Positions 56,243 through 64,000 of a stretch of 64,000 nt of DNA are shown here, piece by piece. This DNA is from Perkinsela sp. CCAP 1560/9 (taxonomy: Eukaryota; Protista; Euglenozoa: Kinetoplastea), in NCBI GenBank assembly GCA_965644495.1, contig CBFFSA010000015.1:249929-313928 (forward strand). Direction: 5' to 3'. A program made the position numbers and the translations under genes. The first letter of the stretch is position 1, and each line of letters starts with the position of its first letter. The notes under the pieces are model-generated. The model was not told the DNA's origin, did not search any database, and was given only the letters and a program-made list of their open reading frames with translations.

Positions 56243-58249
56243 TTAGTCTACCTCTTCAACCTTGGGTCCCGAGCTCGCCGGTGGGGCCGGGGCGGCTCCC
56301 CCGGCACCTGGGAATCCCTCCGGCATTCCTCCAGGAAATCCCCCGGGCATCCCACCGGGAAACCCTCCCGGGGCTGCACCCTCCGCCCCTGGGGCGCCTC
56401 CACCCTGCTGGTACATCTTGGTCATGATGGGTGTGCATTTCTGCTCCAGCTCCTTCTGCCGCCCTTCGTACTCCTCCTTGCTCGCCTCCTGACTGGACTC
56501 AAGCCACTTGATGGTTTCCTCCACGGCATCGAGAAGGGTCTGCTTGTCGCCCGCGTCCAGCTTTCCCCCCACATTGGGGTCATTCGCGGTGTTCTTCATG
56601 CTGTACGCGTAGTTCTCGAGTCCGTTCTTCGCCTCGATACGCTCACGTTGCTTCCGGTCCTCCTCCTCGAACTTTGCGGACTCGTTCACCATGCGCTCGA
56701 TCTCCTCCTTGCTGAGACGCCCCTTGTCGTTGGTGATGGTGATCTGGTTCTTCTTCCCCGTGCCCTTCTCCTCGGCGCTGACGTTCAGGATACCATTGGC
56801 ATCGATGTCAAACGTGACTTCGATTTGTGGCACCCCGCGCGGCGCGGGTGGAATTCCCGAGAGATCGAATGTGCCGAGAAGGTGGCAGTCGCGTGTCATC
56901 GCGCGCTCACCCTCGAACACCTGGATATGCACCCCCGGTTGGTTGTCGCTGTACGTGGAGAAGGTCTGGCTCTTCTTGGTCGGGATCGTCGTGTTGCGCT
57001 TGATCAGGGACGTCATGACACCCCCGGCGGTTTCGATACCCAACGTCAGCGGGGCGACATCCAGGAGAAGAAGTCCCTCCGTCTGCTTACTCTTCCCGCC
57101 GGTGAGGATGTAGGCTTGCACCGCGGCACCGTACGCCACAGCCTCGTCCGGGTTAATACTCTTGTTGAGTTCCTTTCCGCCAAAGAAGTCGGAGACGAGC
57201 TGCTGCACCTTGGGAATACGAGTCGAACCACCGACCAGAACCACGTCGTGCACCGTGCGCTTGTCGATCTTCGCATCCGTCAGGACTTGTTCCACCGGCT
57301 TGAGTGTGGAGCGGAAGAGGTCCGCGCAAAGCTCCTCGAATCGCGCACGGGTGATGCTCGTGTAGAAGTCAATCCCCTCAAAAAGAGAGTCAATCTCCAC
57401 GGAACTCTGAGCCGCGGAAGACAGAGTACGCTTGGCTCGCTCGCACGCGGTGCGAAGACGGCGTAGTGCTCGCTGGTTCTGCGACAGATCCTTCTTGTGC
57501 TTTCGCTTAAATTCCTCGACAAAGTGGTTCACGAGACGGTTGTCAAAGTCCTCACCACCGAGATGGGTGTCTCCCGCCGTGGCCTTGACCTCGAAGATTC
57601 CACCATCGATGGTGAGCAGAGTGACGTCAAAGGTGCCGCCTCCGAGATCAAAGATGAGTACGTTCCGTTCTTGTTGGTCCGAGATCTTATCCAGGCCGTA
57701 CGCAATCGCCGCCGCCGTGGGCTCGTTGATGATTCGAAGCACTTCCAGTCCGGCAATCGAGCCCGCGTCCTTCGTGGCCTGTCGTTGGGAGTCGTTGAAG
57801 TACGCCGGGACGGTGACCACCGCCTTCTTGACCTCCTTACCGAGATATGCCTCCGCAATCTCCTTCATCTTAATCAACACCATGGAGCTAATCTCCTCCG
57901 GCGTGAAGGTCTTTGCCTCGCTCTTGTACTGGACCTCCATCACGGGCTTCTCGTCCCCCTGGGAACGTACCTTAAAGGGCCAGTGCTTCATGTCGCTCTG
58001 AACAACGGAGTCGGAGATCTTACGCCCGATTAACCGCTTCGCATCAAACACACTGTTGGTCGGATTCATCGCTACCTGGTTCTTCGCGGCATCCCCAATC
58101 AGACGTTCAGTGTCCGTGAAGGCCACGTAGGACGGAGTCGTGTAGTTCCCCTGGTCATTCGCAATGATTACCACACGCTCGTTCTGCCACACCCCAACAC
58201 AGGAGTAGGTGGTCCCGAGATCGATACCAATAGCTCCTTCGTACGTCAT
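56243..58249 (-). CDS. HSP70: Cytosolic HSP70 copy 5
   Basis: Identical translation to copy 1. Confidence 0.99.
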   Translation of the reverse strand: MTYEGAIGIDLGTTYSCVGVWQNERVVIIANDQGNYTTPSYVAFTDTERLIGDAAKNQVAMNPTNSVFDAKRLIGRKISDSVVQSDMKHWPFKVRSQGDEKPVMEVQYKSEAKTFTPEEISSMVLIKMKEIAEAYLGKEVKKAVVTVPAYFNDSQRQATKDAGSIAGLEVLRIINEPTAAAIAYGLDKISDQQERNVLIFDLGGGTFDVTLLTIDGGIFEVKATAGDTHLGGEDFDNRLVNHFVEEFKRKHKKDLSQNQRALRRLRTACERAKRTLSSAAQSSVEIDSLFEGIDFYTSITRARFEELCADLFRSTLKPVEQVLTDAKIDKRTVHDVVLVGGSTRIPKVQQLVSDFFGGKELNKSINPDEAVAYGAAVQAYILTGGKSKQTEGLLLLDVAPLTLGIETAGGVMTSLIKRNTTIPTKKSQTFSTYSDNQPGVHIQVFEGERAMTRDCHLLGTFDLSGIPPAPRGVPQIEVTFDIDANGILNVSAEEKGTGKKNQITITNDKGRLSKEEIERMVNESAKFEEEDRKQRERIEAKNGLENYAYSMKNTANDPNVGGKLDAGDKQTLLDAVEETIKWLESSQEASKEEYEGRQKELEQKCTPIMTKMYQQGGGAPGAEGAAPGGFPGGMPGGFPGGMPEGFPGAGGAAPAPPASSGPKVEEVD

Positions 58250-58607
58250 CAAGTTAATAATAAAATGGAGAGATATGCAAAAGCAATGAAGCTATAGAAT
58301 TAACTACATTTGAATTCAAGTTCCAACTAACAGACGTAATAATGCCGTGATATTGGGCGCGTAGAGGTCTTTTTTAAAGAACATATTGAAGCCAAAGCGG
58401 TAAAAAACACGACGCACTCATTTGCTCCAAAGTTGTTAGAACCAAAGTACGCTAAACAAGGTCAAACTAAATTATTTTACCCCAATTTTCCGAATTACGC
58501 ACAAATAATTGCGTGGTTTACATTGTTAAATAATTTATTTGTCAAATATGTGATCCGAAAAGAAAAAAGGAAAACAAGCAATCCGTTGGAGCAGTCCTGC
58601 CCTTGAA

Positions 58608-60614
58608 TTAGTCTACCTCTTCAACCTTGGGTCCCGAGCTCGCCGGTGGGGCTGGGGCGGCTCCCCCGGCACCTGGGAATCCCTCCGGCATTCCTCCAGG
58701 AAATCCCCCGGGCATCCCACCGGGAAACCCTCCCGGGGCTGCACCCTCCGCCCCTGGGGCGCCTCCACCCTGCTGGTACATCTTGGTCATGATGGGTGTG
58801 CATTTCTGCTCCAGCTCCTTCTGCCGCCCTTCGTACTCCTCCTTGCTCGCCTCCTGACTGGACTCAAGCCACTTGATGGTTTCCTCCACGGCATCGAGAA
58901 GGGTCTGCTTGTCGCCCTCGTCCAGCTTTCCCCCCACATTGGGGTCATTCGCGGTGTTCTTCATGCTGTACGCGTAGTTCTCGAGTCCGTTCTTCGCCTC
59001 GATACGCTCACGTTGCTTCCGGTCCTCCTCCTCGAACTTTGCGGACTCGTTCACCATGCGCTCGATCTCCTCCTTGCTGAGACGCCCCTTGTCGTTGGTG
59101 ATGGTGATCTGGTTCTTCTTCCCCGTGCCCTTCTCCTCGGCGCTGACGTTCAGGATACCATTGGCATCGATGTCAAACGTGACTTCGATTTGTGGCACCC
59201 CGCGCGGCGCGGGTGGAATTCCCGAGAGATCGAATGTGCCGAGAAGGTGGCAGTCGCGTGTCATCGCGCGCTCACCCTCGAACACCTGGATATGCACCCC
59301 CGGTTGGTTGTCGCTGTACGTGGAGAAGGTCTGGCTCTTCTTGGTCGGGATCGTCGTGTTGCGCTTGATCAGGGACGTCATGACACCCCCGGCGGTTTCG
59401 ATACCCAACGTCAGCGGGGCGACATCCAGGAGAAGAAGTCCCTCCGTCTGCTTACTCTTCCCGCCGGTGAGGATGTAGGCTTGCACCGCGGCACCGTACG
59501 CCACAGCCTCGTCCGGGTTAATACTCTTGTTGAGTTCCTTTCCGCCAAAGAAGTCGGAGACGAGCTGCTGCACCTTGGGAATACGAGTCGAACCACCGAC
59601 CAGAACCACGTCGTGCACCGTGCGCTTGTCGATCTTCGCATCCGTCAGGACTTGTTCCACCGGCTTGAGTGTGGAGCGGAAGAGGTCCGCGCAAAGCTCC
59701 TCGAATCGCGCACGGGTGATGCTCGTGTAGAAGTCAATCCCCTCAAAAAGAGAGTCAATCTCCACGGAACTCTGAGCCGCGGAAGACAGAGTACGCTTGG
59801 CTCGCTCGCACGCGGTGCGAAGACGGCGTAGTGCTCGCTGGTTCTGCGACAGATCCTTCTTGTGCTTTCGCTTAAATTCCTCGACAAAGTGGTTCACGAG
59901 ACGGTTGTCAAAGTCCTCACCACCGAGATGGGTGTCTCCCGCCGTGGCCTTGACCTCGAAGATTCCACCATCGATGGTGAGCAGAGTGACGTCAAAGGTG
60001 CCGCCTCCGAGATCAAAGATGAGTACGTTCCGTTCTTGTTGGTCCGAGATCTTATCCAGGCCGTACGCAATCGCCGCCGCCGTGGGCTCGTTGATGATTC
60101 GAAGCACTTCCAGTCCGGCAATCGAGCCCGCGTCCTTCGTGGCCTGTCGTTGGGAGTCGTTGAAGTACGCCGGGACGGTGACCACCGCCTTCTTGACCTC
60201 CTTACCGAGATATGCCTCCGCAATCTCCTTCATCTTAATCAACACCATGGAGCTAATCTCCTCCGGCGTGAAGGTCTTTGCCTCGCTCTTGTACTGGACC
60301 TCCATCACGGGCTTCTCGTCCCCCTGGGAACGTACCTTAAAGGGCCAGTGCTTCATGTCGCTCTGAACAACGGAGTCGGAGATCTTACGCCCGATTAACC
60401 GCTTCGCATCAAACACACTGTTGGTCGGATTCATCGCTACCTGGTTCTTCGCGGCATCCCCAATCAGACGTTCAGTGTCCGTGAAGGCCACGTAGGACGG
60501 AGTCGTGTAGTTCCCCTGGTCATTCGCAATGATTACCACACGCTCGTTCTGCCACACCCCAACACAGGAGTAGGTGGTCCCGAGATCGATACCAATAGCT
60601 CCTTCGTACGTCAT
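58608..60614 (-). CDS. HSP70: Cytosolic HSP70 copy 6 (LDEGDK variant)
   Basis: Same variant as copy 2. Confidence 0.99.
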   Translation of the reverse strand: MTYEGAIGIDLGTTYSCVGVWQNERVVIIANDQGNYTTPSYVAFTDTERLIGDAAKNQVAMNPTNSVFDAKRLIGRKISDSVVQSDMKHWPFKVRSQGDEKPVMEVQYKSEAKTFTPEEISSMVLIKMKEIAEAYLGKEVKKAVVTVPAYFNDSQRQATKDAGSIAGLEVLRIINEPTAAAIAYGLDKISDQQERNVLIFDLGGGTFDVTLLTIDGGIFEVKATAGDTHLGGEDFDNRLVNHFVEEFKRKHKKDLSQNQRALRRLRTACERAKRTLSSAAQSSVEIDSLFEGIDFYTSITRARFEELCADLFRSTLKPVEQVLTDAKIDKRTVHDVVLVGGSTRIPKVQQLVSDFFGGKELNKSINPDEAVAYGAAVQAYILTGGKSKQTEGLLLLDVAPLTLGIETAGGVMTSLIKRNTTIPTKKSQTFSTYSDNQPGVHIQVFEGERAMTRDCHLLGTFDLSGIPPAPRGVPQIEVTFDIDANGILNVSAEEKGTGKKNQITITNDKGRLSKEEIERMVNESAKFEEEDRKQRERIEAKNGLENYAYSMKNTANDPNVGGKLDEGDKQTLLDAVEETIKWLESSQEASKEEYEGRQKELEQKCTPIMTKMYQQGGGAPGAEGAAPGGFPGGMPGGFPGGMPEGFPGAGGAAPAPPASSGPKVEEVD

Positions 60615-60973
60615 CAAGTTAATAATAAAATGGAGAGATATGCAAAAGCAATGAAGCTATAGAATTAACTACATTTGAATTCAAGTTCCAACTAACAGAC
60701 GTAATAATGCCGTGATATTGGGCGCGTAGAGGTCTTTTTTAAAGAACATATTGAAGCCAAAGCGGTAAAAAACACGACGCACTCATTTGCTCCAAAGTTG
60801 TTAGAACCAAAGTACGCTAAACAAGGTCAAACTAAATTATTTTACCCCAATTTTCCGAATTACGCACAAATAATTGCGTGGTTTACATTGTTAAATAATT
60901 TATTTGTCAAATATGTGATCCGAAAAGAAAAAAGGAAAACAAGCAATCCGTTGGAGCAGTCCTAACCCTTGAA

Positions 60974-62980
60974 TTAGTCTACCTCTTCAACCTTGGGTCC
61001 CGAGCTCGCCGGTGGGGCCGGGGCGGCTCCCCCGGCACCTGGGAATCCCTCCGGCATTCCTCCAGGAAATCCCCCGGGCATCCCACCGGGAAACCCTCCC
61101 GGGGCTGCACCCTCCGCCCCTGGGGCGCCTCCACCCTGCTGGTACATCTTGGTCATGATGGGTGTGCATTTCTGCTCCAGCTCCTTCTGCCGCCCTTCGT
61201 ACTCCTCCTTGCTCGCCTCCTGACTGGACTCAAGCCACTTGATGGTTTCCTCCACGGCATCGAGAAGGGTCTGCTTGTCGCCCGCGTCCAGCTTTCCCCC
61301 CACATTGGGGTCATTCGCGGTGTTCTTCATGCTGTACGCGTAGTTCTCGAGTCCGTTCTTCGCCTCGATACGCTCACGTTGCTTCCGGTCCTCCTCCTCG
61401 AACTTTGCGGACTCGTTCACCATGCGCTCGATCTCCTCCTTGCTGAGACGCCCCTTGTCGTTGGTGATGGTGATCTGGTTCTTCTTCCCCGTGCCCTTCT
61501 CCTCGGCGCTGACGTTCAGGATACCATTGGCATCGATGTCAAACGTGACTTCGATTTGTGGCACCCCGCGCGGCGCGGGTGGAATTCCCGAGAGATCGAA
61601 TGTGCCGAGAAGGTGGCAGTCGCGTGTCATCGCGCGCTCACCCTCGAACACCTGGATATGCACCCCCGGTTGGTTGTCGCTGTACGTGGAGAAGGTCTGG
61701 CTCTTCTTGGTCGGGATCGTCGTGTTGCGCTTGATCAGGGACGTCATGACACCCCCGGCGGTTTCGATACCCAACGTCAGCGGGGCGACATCCAGGAGAA
61801 GAAGTCCCTCCGTCTGCTTACTCTTCCCGCCGGTGAGGATGTAGGCTTGCACCGCGGCACCGTACGCCACAGCCTCGTCCGGGTTAATACTCTTGTTGAG
61901 TTCCTTTCCGCCAAAGAAGTCGGAGACGAGCTGCTGCACCTTGGGAATACGAGTCGAACCACCGACCAGAACCACGTCGTGCACCGTGCGCTTGTCGATC
62001 TTCGCATCCGTCAGGACTTGTTCCACCGGCTTGAGTGTGGAGCGGAAGAGGTCCGCGCAAAGCTCCTCGAATCGCGCACGGGTGATGCTCGTGTAGAAGT
62101 CAATCCCCTCAAAAAGAGAGTCAATCTCCACGGAACTCTGAGCCGCGGAAGACAGAGTACGCTTGGCTCGCTCGCACGCGGTGCGAAGACGGCGTAGTGC
62201 TCGCTGGTTCTGCGACAGATCCTTCTTGTGCTTTCGCTTAAATTCCTCGACAAAGTGGTTCACGAGACGGTTGTCAAAGTCCTCACCACCGAGATGGGTG
62301 TCTCCCGCCGTGGCCTTGACCTCGAAGATTCCACCATCGATGGTGAGCAGAGTGACGTCAAAGGTGCCGCCTCCGAGATCAAAGATGAGTACGTTCCGTT
62401 CTTGTTGGTCCGAGATCTTATCCAGGCCGTACGCAATCGCCGCCGCCGTGGGCTCGTTGATGATTCGAAGCACTTCCAGTCCGGCAATCGAGCCCGCGTC
62501 CTTCGTGGCCTGTCGTTGGGAGTCGTTGAAGTACGCCGGGACGGTGACCACCGCCTTCTTGACCTCCTTACCGAGATATGCCTCCGCAATCTCCTTCATC
62601 TTAATCAACACCATGGAGCTAATCTCCTCCGGCGTGAAGGTCTTTGCCTCGCTCTTGTACTGGACCTCCATCACGGGCTTCTCGTCCCCCTGGGAACGTA
62701 CCTTAAAGGGCCAGTGCTTCATGTCGCTCTGAACAACGGAGTCGGAGATCTTACGCCCGATTAACCGCTTCGCATCAAACACACTGTTGGTCGGATTCAT
62801 CGCTACCTGGTTCTTCGCGGCATCCCCAATCAGACGTTCAGTGTCCGTGAAGGCCACGTAGGACGGAGTCGTGTAGTTCCCCTGGTCATTCGCAATGATT
62901 ACCACACGCTCGTTCTGCCACACCCCAACACAGGAGTAGGTGGTCCCGAGATCGATACCAATAGCTCCTTCGTACGTCAT
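60974..62980 (-). CDS. HSP70: Cytosolic HSP70 copy 7
   Basis: Identical translation to copy 1. Confidence 0.99.
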   Translation of the reverse strand: MTYEGAIGIDLGTTYSCVGVWQNERVVIIANDQGNYTTPSYVAFTDTERLIGDAAKNQVAMNPTNSVFDAKRLIGRKISDSVVQSDMKHWPFKVRSQGDEKPVMEVQYKSEAKTFTPEEISSMVLIKMKEIAEAYLGKEVKKAVVTVPAYFNDSQRQATKDAGSIAGLEVLRIINEPTAAAIAYGLDKISDQQERNVLIFDLGGGTFDVTLLTIDGGIFEVKATAGDTHLGGEDFDNRLVNHFVEEFKRKHKKDLSQNQRALRRLRTACERAKRTLSSAAQSSVEIDSLFEGIDFYTSITRARFEELCADLFRSTLKPVEQVLTDAKIDKRTVHDVVLVGGSTRIPKVQQLVSDFFGGKELNKSINPDEAVAYGAAVQAYILTGGKSKQTEGLLLLDVAPLTLGIETAGGVMTSLIKRNTTIPTKKSQTFSTYSDNQPGVHIQVFEGERAMTRDCHLLGTFDLSGIPPAPRGVPQIEVTFDIDANGILNVSAEEKGTGKKNQITITNDKGRLSKEEIERMVNESAKFEEEDRKQRERIEAKNGLENYAYSMKNTANDPNVGGKLDAGDKQTLLDAVEETIKWLESSQEASKEEYEGRQKELEQKCTPIMTKMYQQGGGAPGAEGAAPGGFPGGMPGGFPGGMPEGFPGAGGAAPAPPASSGPKVEEVD

Positions 62981-63339
62981 CAAGTTAATAATAAAATGGA
63001 GAGATATGCAAAAGCAATGAAGCTATAGAATTAACTACATTTGAATTCAAGTTCCAACTAACAGACGTAATAATGCCGTGATATTGGGCGCGTAGAGGTC
63101 TTTTTTAAAGAACATATTGAAGCTAAAGCGGTAAAAAACACGACGCACTCATTTGCTCCAAAGTTGTTAGAACCAAAGTACGCTAAACAAGGTCAAACTA
63201 AATTATTTTACCCCAATTTTCCGAATTACGCACAAATAATTGCGTGGTTTACATTGTTAAATAATTTATTTGTCAAATATGTGATCCGAAAAGAAAAAAG
63301 GAAAACAAGCAATCCGTTGGAGCAGTCCTAACCCTTGAA

Positions 63340-64000
63340 TTAGTCTACCTCTTCAACCTTGGGTCCCGAGCTCGCCGGTGGGGCCGGGGCGGCTCCCCCG
63401 GCACCTGGGAATCCCTCCGGCATTCCTCCAGGAAATCCCCCGGGCATCCCACCGGGAAACCCTCCCGGGGCTGCACCCTCCGCCCCTGGGGCGCCTCCAC
63501 CCTGCTGGTACATCTTGGTCATGATGGGTGTGCATTTCTGCTCCAGCTCCTTCTGCCGCCCTTCGTACTCCTCCTTGCTCGCCTCCTGACTGGACTCAAG
63601 CCACTTGATGGTTTCCTCCACGGCATCGAGAAGGGTCTGCTTGTCGCCCGCGTCCAGCTTTCCCCCCACATTGGGGTCATTCGCGGTGTTCTTCATGCTG
63701 TACGCGTAGTTCTCGAGTCCGTTCTTCGCCTCGATACGCTCACGTTGCTTCCGGTCCTCCTCCTCGAACTTTGCGGACTCGTTCACCATGCGCTCGATCT
63801 CCTCCTTGCTGAGACGCCCCTTGTCGTTGGTGATGGTGATCTGGTTCTTCTTCCCCGTGCCCTTCTCCTCGGCGCTGACGTTCAGGATACCATTGGCATC
63901 GATGTCAAACGTGACTTCGATTTGTGGCACCCCGCGCGGCGCGGGTGGAATTCCCGAGAGATCGAATGTGCCGAGAAGGTGGCAGTCGCGTGTCATCGCG
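63340..64000 (-). CDS. HSP70: Cytosolic HSP70 copy 8 (5' part outside the window)
   Basis: C-terminal 218 aa identical to the other copies. Confidence 0.98.
   Translation of the reverse strand, partial: AMTRDCHLLGTFDLSGIPPAPRGVPQIEVTFDIDANGILNVSAEEKGTGKKNQITITNDKGRLSKEEIERMVNESAKFEEEDRKQRERIEAKNGLENYAYSMKNTANDPNVGGKLDAGDKQTLLDAVEETIKWLESSQEASKEEYEGRQKELEQKCTPIMTKMYQQGGGAPGAEGAAPGGFPGGMPGGFPGGMPEGFPGAGGAAPAPPASSGPKVEEVD

Larger units (their letters stand above)
46745..64000. repeat. HSP70 tandem array, unit 2365/2366 bp
   Basis: Stop-codon spacings 2365, 2366, 2366, 2365, 2365, 2366, 2366. Confidence 0.98.

Overview
Eukaryotic, intron-free genomic DNA from a kinetoplastid. The HSP70 signatures [16 protein letters not shown] and [15 protein letters not shown]-like kinetoplast-associated proteins and Alba point to this group. 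The LRR type and a Merlin transposase suggest a Perkinsela-like or bodonid lineage (inference). All credible host genes lie on the minus strand, as one polycistronic cluster: a Plus-3 protein (cut by the window start), LRR protein, MoxR-like pseudo-AAA+, KAP-like duplicates, a split LMW-PTP/ArsC-like protein, WD40 protein, ISCU, J-domain protein, AT-hook basic protein, Alba, coiled-coil protein, Maf, ESF1, ferredoxin, NAT10, and at least 8 tandem cytosolic HSP70 genes (46.8-64 kb) arranged as a 4-unit higher-order repeat. The intergenic blocks at 0.9-2.9, 5.4-17.8, 24.6-25.4 and 34.9-39.9 kb are dense nests of mobile DNA, unusual for kinetoplastids. They contain hAT and Merlin/ISXO2 transposase remnants, two RLE-type non-LTR retrotransposon tails, many TA-flanked MITEs (one shown by an empty/filled site pair), a MITE with GG ends and an 8-bp duplication, and tRNA-headed structured elements. 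The least explained feature is three 173-202 bp fold-back elements that share only a motif grammar (CCCAG-N14-GGGAGATAC-N34-39-GTATCTCCC, mirrored) while their internal arms are unrelated. All protein calls are motif recognition by eye; no database searches were run.
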